Of a DNA stretch of 64,000 nt, positions 29,721 through 39,900 are shown piece after piece. Location: the IMG/VR virus record IMGVR_UViG_3300029787_004704, positions 43,869-107,868 of that record. One strand, written 5' to 3'. The DNA comes from a virus. The position numbers and the translations under genes were made by a program. The notes below the pieces were generated by a model that made no database searches, was not told the DNA's origin, and worked only from the letters and a program-made list of their open reading frames with translations. Positions within the stretch are counted from its first letter, which is position 1, and every line of letters begins with the position of its first letter.

Positions 29721-30311
29721 ATGATCATAGGAGTATGCGGATTAATTGGTTCAGGTAAAGACACAATCGCAGAACATCTTATCAAACAACACAAGTTTCA
29801 CAAGACATCATTTGCAGACAAACTGAAAGACGCAGTTGGTTCTATGTTTGATTGGGACCGTGACATGCTAGAAGGCAAAACAGAACCCAGTAGACAGTGG
29901 CGAGAACAACCAGATCCCTTCTGGACTGCTGAAGCAGGATTTGATGTATCGCCAAGATACTTGCTACAAAGGTTCGGAACAGAATGTATGCGTGAAGGAT
30001 TTTTTGATGGCATCTGGGTGAGTCTAACCAAGAAGAAAATACTAGACAATCCTGACATTAGTTGGGTAATACCAGATGTAAGATTTCCAAATGAGATATC
30101 TATGATTAGAAACATAGGCGGACAAATTTGGAGAGTGCAACGAGGTACAGATCCTGACTGGGTTCATGATTATGTTGAAGGAAACAAAGAACCTAACGGT
30201 GTGCATCCTTCCGAATGGAGATGGTTAAATGAACCATATGATGCCTTGATCCAAAACAATGATACTATTGGAGCATTACAAGAAGATGTTGATAGTCTTT
30301 TAGGATTCTAG
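29721..30311 (+). CDS. Deoxynucleoside monophosphate kinase (gp1-like)
   Basis: IIGVCGLIGSGKDT P-loop, FADKLK, PRYLLQRFGTE, DVRFPNE. Confidence 0.92.
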   Translation: MIIGVCGLIGSGKDTIAEHLIKQHKFHKTSFADKLKDAVGSMFDWDRDMLEGKTEPSRQWREQPDPFWTAEAGFDVSPRYLLQRFGTECMREGFFDGIWVSLTKKKILDNPDISWVIPDVRFPNEISMIRNIGGQIWRVQRGTDPDWVHDYVEGNKEPNGVHPSEWRWLNEPYDALIQNNDTIGALQEDVDSLLGF

Positions 30312-30673
30312 TTGTCAGCAATCAAATCACCTTGACGCCAACCTTGTTTTTTTACATGTAACAATCTATTGCAATTTGCACACACAGTCTTTAGGTTGCT
30401 TGTGTTGTTATTGCTCATGTTGCCATCGACATAATGCACATCAAGTTGATATGGATGTTGTGCGTTGAAGCCACACATTTCACAACTGTTTCTTTTTGTA
30501 TATCCTGAACGTTGCCACGCAGGTGTTGATATTGTAGATGAATTTGACTTTCTTATACAAGAGTCGCATTTTTTTCTGTAATAAATTTTGTCACCACGAC
30601 GGTAATTGTATGCCGCAGGCTTGCTGTGACATTCTTGACACAATGGTCTTGTTTGTTTTTTATCATTAAACAC
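30308..30673 (-). CDS. HNH endonuclease with zinc-binding CxxC pairs
   Basis: CQEC, CDSC, CEMC, LDVHYVDGNMSNN..NLKTVCANC; likely GTG start at 30673 after TATAAATA (30679-30686). Confidence 0.75.
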   Translation of the reverse strand: MFNDKKQTRPLCQECHSKPAAYNYRRGDKIYYRKKCDSCIRKSNSSTISTPAWQRSGYTKRNSCEMCGFNAQHPYQLDVHYVDGNMSNNNTSNLKTVCANCNRLLHVKKQGWRQGDLIADN

Positions 30674-30786
30674 GCATATATTTATAAGCACCTTTCCGGT
30701 GCTCTTTAAATATGGCAATTTTGAGTATATAAATCAGTCCTAATAGGTAAATATTCATAACGAATGTTTTTAAGGAGTAAAACAAA

Positions 30787-33700
30787 ATGGCATTAACATC
30801 ACCAGGAGTAGAGGTATCCGTAGTAGACGAAAGTTTTTACGTCCCCGGTATACCAGGAGCAGTACCACTAGTTGTAGTTGCAACTGCTCAAGACAAAACA
30901 TCAGGTACAGGTAGCGGCACAGCATCTGGTACACTGAGCGGCAACGCAAACGAAATATTTTTAATATCGTCACAGAGAGAATTAACTCAAACGTTTGGCG
31001 ATCCAACATTTTACACAGACGCATCAGGAACACCTATACAAGGTTATGAACTGAATGAATATGGCCTCCAAGCGGCTTACTCCTTCCTTGGAATTGCCAA
31101 CAGAGCGTTTGTGATTAGAGCGAACATTGACACTTCAGAATTAACCGGATCAGCAGATGCACCTGGTGGCACACCTAATGATGGTTTTTATTGGTTAGAC
31201 CTAGCAAGTACAAACTGGGGAATCAAAGAGTGGAGTGAATCAACACAATCATTTACATCAAAAACACCAATCTTTATCACATCAACTGATGATGTGACTG
31301 GTTCACCTGCGGCACCTATTGCGGCAAAAGGATCAATTGGTGATTACGCGATTGTGGCAACAAATCCTTTCAATAGATTATTTTACAAAACAAGATCAAA
31401 CACTTGGGTAAGAGTTGGATCAGCTGATTCAGCTACAAAAGATGCATCATGGTCATCATCACATCCGATAGTGACAGGAACAGCAACGAATCCGACAATA
31501 ACAAATTCAGAATCAGTTACAATTAACGGAAGCACTGTTTCATCACTAGGTACAACTGTGGCAACATTTGCATCAGCAATTAACAGTGAAGGCATTGAAG
31601 GTGTACAAGCGGCAGCTGTCGATGGAAAACTAGAAATATATGCGATTCCAGTAGCGTCAGGCGGAGACTCATCATCTTTGGCAGTAGGTGCTGTTGAATT
31701 AGATGAAGCTTCAGGAACACCTTTTGCAGATGCCGGAATAGCAGTAGGCACAGCAAACAGATTGTTTCCACCAAAAGTTTTCATAGGAACACACACTGAA
31801 GACTTTGGTTTCAGATCTGGAGATACTAGATCAAGACCAAGTGGATCTGTTTGGATACAACAAACAGCACCAAACAGTGGAGCAACCATATCAGTTAAAA
31901 AATATTCAGAAACTAATGGACAATTTGAATCAGTAAATGCACCTGTGTTTAAAACACACGAACAGGCATTACAACAACTTGATAAAGCAGGTGGCGGTTC
32001 AAACCTTACAGTGAATGATGTAATGGTACAAGTTAACACTACTGAAGATGAATGGGGCGATTCAACTAGAGATTCAGGCGAATTGATAGATTATGTTTTA
32101 TTCAGAAGAGCAGTTGGAATTGGATCAAAAACAAATATTACCTCAAATAAAATTACAACAAAAGCATCTGCAATTACAGCCACTGGTACTGTACGTATGG
32201 CAGAGACTATGGTCAACAATGCTACACAAACAAACAGTCTTTCAAATTTATTAAATGAAAAAACTGTAAGTGTAAGTGGTACAGATGCTGATGATGTTGT
32301 AGCTGGAATACAAGCGGCAGGATTTAAACATGTGTCAGCATCATATGACGCGACTACAAAAAGAATCACTGTATCCCATGACAAAGGTGGAAACATTTAC
32401 TTTACAGATACTTCCAACAATCCAATGGGTGACTTAGGATTTAATTCTACATTTGCAAACACTTACGGTGACAACACAAGCCTAAGTGCAGAGAAAATTG
32501 CAAACTTGTACACAGCGCCAACAGGTGACAAAGATGACTATTCAACAATCACAAGTAGTGATGGATTTTCATTTGTGGCATCCAATTGGCAACCAGTACA
32601 AAACACACCAGACTCAGGCACTACTTACACAGCAATACAAAGTGTAAATGAGCCATCAAAAGATCCGGCTAACAATCAACTTTGGTACAATACAACTGTT
32701 GATGAAGTAGATATTTTGATACATGATGGATCAGCATGGACAGGATACCAAAACGTATCATCAGATGCTAGAGGATTCAATTTAGCAAATACAGATCCAA
32801 AAGGTCCACAGGTTGTTGCAACTGAACCAACTACACAGTCAGATGGTACAGCACTAGTAGACGGCGATCTTTGGTTGAATACATCAGATTTAGAAAATTA
32901 TCCAAAACTTTACAGATATGATTCATCACAAGATAATGGGCAAGAGTGGGTGTTAATTGACAACACAGACCAATCAGGACAGGACGGAATACTGTTTGCA
33001 GACTTTAGATTCCATACAGATCAATCTAAAGATGTAGTAACTGAAGAGTCTTTGATTACTGACTTGTTAACATCAACTTACACTGATATTGATGCACCAA
33101 CATCGGCTTTATATCCAAAAGGAATGTTAGGATTTAATCTAAGACGTTCTGGATACAATGTTGCTAGATTCAAAAAAGATTACTTCACAAGAACTAACTT
33201 TGCAAGTGTTGTAACATATCCAGATCTACCTACAGAAAAAGATGCATGGGTTTCTGAATCACCATTGAAAACAAATGGTGCACCAAACATGGGTAGGAAG
33301 GCACAGAGAGCAGTTGTTGTAGAAGCATTGAAATCAACAGTAGCATCTACCACAGCACTAAGAGAAGAACAAAGAGAATTTAACTTGTTGGCAGCTCCGG
33401 CGTATCCAGAGTTAATTCAAGATTTAGAAACTCTTAATGCAGACAGAAAAGACACAGCATTTGTTGTTGGAGATACTCCATTCAGATTAGAAGCAACTTC
33501 AACTGCGGTTACAAACTATGCAAACAACACAGCAGGTGCGGCAGACAACGGAGAAGATGGACTGTTAACTACAGATTCATTCACTGGCGTTTATTATCCT
33601 TCAGGATTTACAACTGCTAACAGCGGTGAATCAGTTGCTGTTCCGGCTTCACACATGATGCTGAGAACGATTGCATTTAATGACCAAGTAGCATTTCCAT

Positions 33701-34230
33701 GGTTTGCACCAGCAGGTATAAGACGTGGTAAAGTTGACAATGCATCATCAGTTGGATTTATTAACTCTGAAGGTGAGTTTGAAACTACACAGGTGTCAAA
33801 TGGATTGAGAGATTCACTTTACAGTGTAAACATTAACCCAATATCATTTGTGACAGGTGCAGGACTTACTGTATTTGGACAAAAAACAAGACAACTTACA
33901 GCATCAGCACTTGACAGAGTGAATGTTGCTAGACTAGTTGCATTTGTTAGATTGAACTTAGATAAAATTGCAAGACCATTTATCTTTGAACCAAATGATA
34001 CACTTACTAGAAATGAAATCAAACAATCAGTTGAGTCATTCTTGTTAGAATTAACTTCACAGAGAGCATTGTTTGACTTTGCTGTTGTGTGTGATGAAAC
34101 TAACAACACACCTGGCAGAATTGATAAGAATGAATTGTATGTTGATGTAGCCATAGAGCCAGTCAAAGCAGTTGAGTTTATCTTCATTCCAGTAAGATTG
34201 AAAAACACAGGAGAAATTGGCGCCCTTTAG
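30787..34230 (+). CDS. Tail sheath protein (gp18-like), long form
   Basis: LTSPGVEV, PWFAPAG.RRG, SALDRVNVARL, FEPND..TR, IEPVKAVEFI. Confidence 0.95.
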   Translation: MALTSPGVEVSVVDESFYVPGIPGAVPLVVVATAQDKTSGTGSGTASGTLSGNANEIFLISSQRELTQTFGDPTFYTDASGTPIQGYELNEYGLQAAYSFLGIANRAFVIRANIDTSELTGSADAPGGTPNDGFYWLDLASTNWGIKEWSESTQSFTSKTPIFITSTDDVTGSPAAPIAAKGSIGDYAIVATNPFNRLFYKTRSNTWVRVGSADSATKDASWSSSHPIVTGTATNPTITNSESVTINGSTVSSLGTTVATFASAINSEGIEGVQAAAVDGKLEIYAIPVASGGDSSSLAVGAVELDEASGTPFADAGIAVGTANRLFPPKVFIGTHTEDFGFRSGDTRSRPSGSVWIQQTAPNSGATISVKKYSETNGQFESVNAPVFKTHEQALQQLDKAGGGSNLTVNDVMVQVNTTEDEWGDSTRDSGELIDYVLFRRAVGIGSKTNITSNKITTKASAITATGTVRMAETMVNNATQTNSLSNLLNEKTVSVSGTDADDVVAGIQAAGFKHVSASYDATTKRITVSHDKGGNIYFTDTSNNPMGDLGFNSTFANTYGDNTSLSAEKIANLYTAPTGDKDDYSTITSSDGFSFVASNWQPVQNTPDSGTTYTAIQSVNEPSKDPANNQLWYNTTVDEVDILIHDGSAWTGYQNVSSDARGFNLANTDPKGPQVVATEPTTQSDGTALVDGDLWLNTSDLENYPKLYRYDSSQDNGQEWVLIDNTDQSGQDGILFADFRFHTDQSKDVVTEESLITDLLTSTYTDIDAPTSALYPKGMLGFNLRRSGYNVARFKKDYFTRTNFASVVTYPDLPTEKDAWVSESPLKTNGAPNMGRKAQRAVVVEALKSTVASTTALREEQREFNLLAAPAYPELIQDLETLNADRKDTAFVVGDTPFRLEATSTAVTNYANNTAGAADNGEDGLLTTDSFTGVYYPSGFTTANSGESVAVPASHMMLRTIAFNDQVAFPWFAPAGIRRGKVDNASSVGFINSEGEFETTQVSNGLRDSLYSVNINPISFVTGAGLTVFGQKTRQLTASALDRVNVARLVAFVRLNLDKIARPFIFEPNDTLTRNEIKQSVESFLLELTSQRALFDFAVVCDETNNTPGRIDKNELYVDVAIEPVKAVEFIFIPVRLKNTGEIGAL

Positions 34231-34290
34231 AAAGGCGTAACAAGAATAATACTATAGAGCATAGTAAATACAATTAGGAGAAAAAACAAA

Positions 34291-34911
34291 ATGGCAATAT
34301 CAACACTTTCAAAGTTTACAGTACCTTTAGCAAGTAACCAGTCTTCAAATACGCAAGGCTTGTTAATGCCAAAATTACAATATCGCTTTAGGGTGATACT
34401 TGAAGGATTTGGTGTGTCAACTCCTAGATCAGAACTTACTAAGCAAGTTGTAGATGTTACAAGACCTAACATTACTTTTGACCAAATCACACTTGATGTT
34501 TACAATTCAAGAGTGTACATGGCAGGTAAACACACTTGGGATCCAATTACTCTTAATGTAAGAGATGATGTCAACAACGAAGTTACAAAACTTGTTGGTG
34601 AGCAATTACAGAAACAATTTGATTTCTTTGAACAATCATCTGCCGCTTCTGGTATTGATTACAAATTCACAGGTAGAATAGAAATGCTAGACGGTGGTAA
34701 CGGTGCCGACACAGTAAACGTTCTAGAAACTTATGAATTATATGGTTGTTACCTAGACAACGTTCAATATGGAACAATGGCATATGCTACTTCAGAGCCT
34801 GTACAGATTACAATGTCAATCAGATATGACAATGCAATCCAAACTCCAAGAGGATCAGGCGTTGGAGCAGACGTGGCTAGAACACTTGGAACTGCTGTAA
34901 CAGGCGGTTAA
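34291..34911 (+). CDS. Tail tube protein (gp19-like)
   Basis: Follows the sheath gene; YRFRV, AGKHTWDPITL, IRYD. Confidence 0.9.
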   Translation: MAISTLSKFTVPLASNQSSNTQGLLMPKLQYRFRVILEGFGVSTPRSELTKQVVDVTRPNITFDQITLDVYNSRVYMAGKHTWDPITLNVRDDVNNEVTKLVGEQLQKQFDFFEQSSAASGIDYKFTGRIEMLDGGNGADTVNVLETYELYGCYLDNVQYGTMAYATSEPVQITMSIRYDNAIQTPRGSGVGADVARTLGTAVTGG

Positions 34912-34947
34912 TAAACCACCCACATCTTAAGTCAATAAATATCTTAT

Positions 34948-36306
34948 ATGAACTTTAGACAGTTATTTCTTGACCAGTTAGTCAACGGCGATACCATGAA
35001 GGATTACAAACATGCGGCTCGCTTGTACCTTGATGAAGCGTTCAGACTGTCACCAAAAAATAGATTCTTATATCATGTAGTATTCAACATCAATCCTTTA
35101 GCCGCAGGCAACATGCTCAACAGAGCAAAAGGAGAGCAGATTGAACTAGGTATGCTTGTTAAAAGTGTTGATTTGCCTGCTTATCAGTTTAATGTTGAAA
35201 TGAAAAATCAATACAACTATAAAAACTATGTGCAGACTGGAATTACCTATGAGCCAGTGACAATGACACTTCATGATGACATGGGTGATGTTGCAACAGC
35301 ATTTTTTAAATCATATTATCAACATTATATGACTGATACATTACATCAACAAGGTGAATACAACGCAATAAAATTCGATAACAAGAATACACCCGAGCCT
35401 GCCGCAGGTAGATGGGGTATGGACAACGGCGAGGACGAAAGATTTTTAAATTCTATTTCAATCTTTCAATTGCATAGACAGAGATTTACAGAATTTAGAT
35501 TGATGAATCCAATTATAAATGATTATAGAAATGGTTCGATGGATCAAGCTGATGGTGGAGGTATATCTGAACAATCCTTTAGTGTGTCTTATTCTGGTGT
35601 GCTAATTGAAGCAGGTGCAGTGCGTAGAGACAACCCACAAGGGTTTGCAGTATTACATTACGATCGTTCACCTTCACCTATTTCACCACTAGGTGGCGGT
35701 ACTGATTCTATATTTGGATCAGGTGGTGTGTTAGCAGGAATTTCTACAGCATTTGGATTAGCCAAGTCAGGCAATTTTTTAGGTGCATTGTTATCTGGAG
35801 TAACTACATACAAAACTATTAAACGTGGCAAAGCAACCCGCGGAGTCAAAGAAGAAATATTTGGACTTGCTGGTACTTTTCTAACCGGAGCTGTAAACAA
35901 TCTAGGAGCAACCAGTAGGCCGGGAGTACAGTTCCCCAAAGACACAAGAAAAAGAAGACGCACAGCATTACCTATTGATTCTCAATTGAACAACGTAATC
36001 AAACAAAATACAACAAAGAAAACAGATAAAGAAATATTCTTAGCAGGCAATCAAGTAGCTGATTATTTGTCTTTAGACACCAATGCAAAATTAAAATTTG
36101 CAAAATTTGAAACTTTTAGACGTGACGTAAATGTAGATGTGTCGTCTGTAGATGCAGAATGGAAAAAACTTTCAACTGAACAACAAAATAATTACTTGGA
36201 ATTAACTCCAAATGAAGCAAAAAAACTTGTCAAAGATGGATCGCTAGTATACAAAGTATCCAAACAAAAATATAATGCTGTAATATCACAGCAAGGAAAC
36301 ACCTAA
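34948..36306 (+). CDS. Tube-like baseplate/tail junction protein (gp48/54-like)
   Basis: LVKSVDLP...YEPVTMTLHDD tube-fold motif. Confidence 0.65.
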   Translation: MNFRQLFLDQLVNGDTMKDYKHAARLYLDEAFRLSPKNRFLYHVVFNINPLAAGNMLNRAKGEQIELGMLVKSVDLPAYQFNVEMKNQYNYKNYVQTGITYEPVTMTLHDDMGDVATAFFKSYYQHYMTDTLHQQGEYNAIKFDNKNTPEPAAGRWGMDNGEDERFLNSISIFQLHRQRFTEFRLMNPIINDYRNGSMDQADGGGISEQSFSVSYSGVLIEAGAVRRDNPQGFAVLHYDRSPSPISPLGGGTDSIFGSGGVLAGISTAFGLAKSGNFLGALLSGVTTYKTIKRGKATRGVKEEIFGLAGTFLTGAVNNLGATSRPGVQFPKDTRKRRRTALPIDSQLNNVIKQNTTKKTDKEIFLAGNQVADYLSLDTNAKLKFAKFETFRRDVNVDVSSVDAEWKKLSTEQQNNYLELTPNEAKKLVKDGSLVYKVSKQKYNAVISQQGNT

Positions 36307-36734
36307 TGGCGTATAGATCAGCAACACCAGGAGACACATCATCATCTACAGCGGCAAAATCTTTAAGTAATTTAGGTGTAACAACAGCAACAGGCACAGA
36401 AGCCACAGTTCAATTTTTATCTGGAATAGGAGAAGAGAAAGTAGAACTTAATGCTGGAGAATATGATGCGGCTGTGGCATTTTTTGAAAACAGAGATTAC
36501 GACAGATTAGCGGCAGAGTCAATTGCATATGTGTTGATGCGTCAAGCAAAAATAGATAATGTAAACGTATTCAAAATATTAGACACCCTAGAAGCACAAG
36601 CATCCAAAGATCCTGTGACTCTTAACAATCTTGTTGGAGAAATATTAAACCTAAACAGATTTAAAACGTCAATCCTTGGATATAAATCTGCTGGTCCACA
36701 AAACACATTGGCAAAAAGAAACATCAAGGCATAA
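36306..36734 (+). CDS. Hypothetical (baseplate-region) protein
   Basis: 142-aa ORF translationally coupled to the upstream gene. Confidence 0.7.
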   Translation: MAYRSATPGDTSSSTAAKSLSNLGVTTATGTEATVQFLSGIGEEKVELNAGEYDAAVAFFENRDYDRLAAESIAYVLMRQAKIDNVNVFKILDTLEAQASKDPVTLNNLVGEILNLNRFKTSILGYKSAGPQNTLAKRNIKA

Positions 36735-36737
36735 TGT

Positions 36738-37160
36738 ATGGCACGTTGGGCACAAGGATTATATCAGCCTAAGCATGTTGACAAATATATAGGAAAAAAA
36801 ACTCCTAGATACAGATCATCATGGGAATGGGCATTTATGAATTTTTGTGACAACAATCCTTCGGTAATGCAGTGGGCGTCGGAGTCAATTCAAATTCCTT
36901 ATAGACATCCACTCACAGGCAAGAACACAATTTATGTGCCTGACTTTTTTATTGTGTATAATAGTAAAAACAAAAAAAGAATTGCCGAATTGATCGAAGT
37001 TAAACCTAATAATCAAGCAAAGTTAGAAAATATCGGAAAGAATATACAAAACCAAGCGGCATATATTGTGAATAAAGCCAAATGGGAAGCCGCAGGTAAA
37101 TGGTGCAAGAACAAAGGCATTCGTTTCCGCATACTGACCGAGAGTGATATCTTTAAATAG
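36738..37160 (+). CDS. Head completion nuclease (gp4-like, TnsA fold)
   Basis: YRSSWE..FM..CD.NP...WASE...Y.PDF...EVKP...NKAKWEAA. Confidence 0.92.
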   Translation: MARWAQGLYQPKHVDKYIGKKTPRYRSSWEWAFMNFCDNNPSVMQWASESIQIPYRHPLTGKNTIYVPDFFIVYNSKNKKRIAELIEVKPNNQAKLENIGKNIQNQAAYIVNKAKWEAAGKWCKNKGIRFRILTESDIFK

Positions 37161-37164
37161 ACAG

Positions 37165-37680
37165 ATGACGAAAAAACTTGAAGAAATATTTGATCTTGAA
37201 CAGGACAGTACGTCTCAAACTGCAGATGATATGCGTGAATCATTAGAAGTTGAACAAGCTGAAAAAGATAATGCTGAAGCAGATATAATGATTAGAGAAA
37301 AAGTTGCAGTTGATAAGATTGATGCCGCACTACCACAGGTAGGTGGGTTGGAAGATGACAAAGAGATCGATGAGTATGCACAAGAATCCTTTCAAGCATA
37401 CAAAGATTTAATGGACCTGGGCATGAATATTGAACCTAGGTTAGCAGGACGTATTATGGAAGTTGCTTCAAGCATGATGAATAATGCTATTACGGCAAAA
37501 AATTCAAAAATTGACAAAAAATTGAAAATGATTGAACTGCAACTGAAAAAAGAGAAGTTGGATCAAGGAAAACCTGAAGAAGAAGTAGTATCGGGCACAG
37601 GATCAGTGGTTGCAGACCGTAACGAACTGATCAAACAGATCCTAGCGAACAAACCTCAAGATGACAAGGAAGATAAATAA
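37165..37680 (+). CDS. Probable terminase small subunit (gp16-like)
   Basis: Helical, EPRLAGRIMEVA and C-terminal DRNELIK; lies upstream of the large terminase. Confidence 0.55.
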   Translation: MTKKLEEIFDLEQDSTSQTADDMRESLEVEQAEKDNAEADIMIREKVAVDKIDAALPQVGGLEDDKEIDEYAQESFQAYKDLMDLGMNIEPRLAGRIMEVASSMMNNAITAKNSKIDKKLKMIELQLKKEKLDQGKPEEEVVSGTGSVVADRNELIKQILANKPQDDKEDK

Positions 37681-37686
37681 TATAGT

Positions 37687-38280
37687 ATGAAAACATTCAG
37701 AGAACTATTAGCCGAATCAACTAAAACTTATGCAGTCCGTGTAAAGATTGCAGGCGACTTACCAGAAGCATTTGAGAAAAAGTTTAAAGACTACATGACA
37801 AAGTATGAAGTAGTTGAATTCAAGAAGGTTGGAAGCACGCCAGTACAAGAACACCCACATGAATTTCCAAGAATAAAAAATAAAGAAGTAGCAATATTTG
37901 ATGTTGAAACATCTTATCCTATGTCATTCCCGCAACTTGAAGGCGTACTTGCTGAGCAGTTTGGTTTATCATTGGATCATGTTAAAGTAAAGCATCCAGC
38001 AGACGTAACAGAAATTATGCCTGATGACGAAGGTGAGTATGAATCAAAGTTAATGGATAATGAATACAAAGATTCTCCAAAAACAGAACCAACTTTTGGA
38101 GATGAGTACAACATGAGTCTGTTTAAAGAATTAATGAAGGATCGCTCAGAACAATCTGCAACGCAAGAAGCAGGCAAACTAATAAGCATGGGTGATGAGC
38201 AAGGCGAAACACTGTTAAAACGTGAAGACAAGAATCCAGAAGGTGTACAAGCTGGATCAATCACAAGACACTCCAAATAA
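37687..38280 (+). CDS. Hypothetical protein, probable internal head protein
   Basis: N-terminus MKTFRELLAE closely resembles the T4 capsid-targeting sequence MKTYQEFIAE. Confidence 0.65.
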   Translation: MKTFRELLAESTKTYAVRVKIAGDLPEAFEKKFKDYMTKYEVVEFKKVGSTPVQEHPHEFPRIKNKEVAIFDVETSYPMSFPQLEGVLAEQFGLSLDHVKVKHPADVTEIMPDDEGEYESKLMDNEYKDSPKTEPTFGDEYNMSLFKELMKDRSEQSATQEAGKLISMGDEQGETLLKREDKNPEGVQAGSITRHSK

Positions 38281-38298
38281 TCCACAGTAAATACAGGT

Positions 38299-39879
38299 AT
38301 GGGACAAAGTTTACAAGGTAATCTCACCAAAAAAGCACACACTAAGCAAAAGTTTACTGAAGAACACATTCTTGAACTGAACAAGTGTATAGATCCTAAG
38401 TCTGGTCCTTTGTATTTCTTACAAAATTACTGTATGATACAACATCCTACAAAAGGTTCTATGAAATTTGATATGTTCAAGTATCAACAAGGATTAGTAG
38501 ACACCTATCACAACAATAGATTTGCTATTGCTATGTTACCGAGACAAACAGGCAAAACAACTTGTGCGGCCGCTTACCTAATATGGTATGCTATGTTTGT
38601 GCCTGACTCACAAATACTGATAGCGGCACATAAATTTACTGGTGCTCAAGATATCATGAACAGAGTGAGATTTACATATGAAAACTTACCTGATTTTTTA
38701 CGTGCTGGAGCATATTCATACAACAGAAATACACTTGAGTTTGATAATGGGTCCAGAATCAAAGCAACTACAACTACTGAGAACACTGGTAGGGGTATGT
38801 CACTATCATTAATATATTGTGATGAGTTTGCTTTCGTACAACCACCACTCAAAGCAAAAGAGTTTTGGACTTCATTGGCACCAACACTGGCAACTGGTGG
38901 TAAATGTATAATAACTTCTACACCTAACTCGGATGAGGATCAATTTGCCCTTATATGGAAAGAAGCAAATAAGAAACTAGATGAATATGGCAACGAAATG
39001 CCTATAGGTAGAAACGGCTTTGCCGCTTTCAAGGCATCTTGGCGAGAACACCCAGATAGGACAGAACAATGGGCAAAAGAAGAACGTGCTAGAATAGGCG
39101 AAGAAAGATTTAGGCGTGAACATGACTGTGAATTCTTAATTTATGACGAAACTTTAATTAAACCAACAAAATTAGCGGACCTCGAAGGCGTAGATCCTAT
39201 TTCACGTCATGGTCATGTACGCTGGTACAAAAAGGTTAAAAAAGGTTGTGCTTATATTGTGTCTTTAGATCCTAGTTTAGGTACAGGCGGAGACTATGGA
39301 GCAATACAAGTTTTTGAATTGCCTACAATGACGCAAGTTGCTGAGTGGCAACATAACAATACTCCGATTCAAGGCCAAATTCGCATCATGAAACAGATGA
39401 TAGACCAAATTGCAGAAGATCTGAAAGGCTTTGGAGTGAGTCAGCCTGAAATTTACTACTCTATTGAAAACAACACCATAGGAGAAGCAGGGTTAATTGC
39501 TATTTCTGACATAGGTGAAGAAAACATACCAGGACAAATGCTGTCTGAGACAGCAAAAAAAGGACATGTACGCAGATTTCGTAAAGGTTACAACACAACA
39601 CACAACTCAAAAATGAGTGCCTGTGCAAAATTCAAACAGATGCTGGAAGGTGACTCAATGAAGATACAATCTAAGAATCTTGTGTCAGAATTAAAGAATT
39701 TTGTTGCATCCGGCAACTCATACAAAGCAAAACCAGGCGAGCATGATGACTTAGTCATGTCTACACTACTTGCTGTGCGTATGGCAAGCACAGTATCTTC
39801 GTGGGATCAGAAACTTTTTGAAAGATTACGTGATTCTGAAGAAGAAATAATGATGCCTATGCCTATTATCATCACTTAA
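38299..39879 (+). CDS. Terminase large subunit (gp17-like)
   Basis: PRQTGKT Walker A, IYCDEFAF Walker B, ITSTPN, HDDLVM. Confidence 0.97.
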   Translation: MGQSLQGNLTKKAHTKQKFTEEHILELNKCIDPKSGPLYFLQNYCMIQHPTKGSMKFDMFKYQQGLVDTYHNNRFAIAMLPRQTGKTTCAAAYLIWYAMFVPDSQILIAAHKFTGAQDIMNRVRFTYENLPDFLRAGAYSYNRNTLEFDNGSRIKATTTTENTGRGMSLSLIYCDEFAFVQPPLKAKEFWTSLAPTLATGGKCIITSTPNSDEDQFALIWKEANKKLDEYGNEMPIGRNGFAAFKASWREHPDRTEQWAKEERARIGEERFRREHDCEFLIYDETLIKPTKLADLEGVDPISRHGHVRWYKKVKKGCAYIVSLDPSLGTGGDYGAIQVFELPTMTQVAEWQHNNTPIQGQIRIMKQMIDQIAEDLKGFGVSQPEIYYSIENNTIGEAGLIAISDIGEENIPGQMLSETAKKGHVRRFRKGYNTTHNSKMSACAKFKQMLEGDSMKIQSKNLVSELKNFVASGNSYKAKPGEHDDLVMSTLLAVRMASTVSSWDQKLFERLRDSEEEIMMPMPIIIT

Positions 39880-39900
39880 ATTCGTATAAATACGTATATA

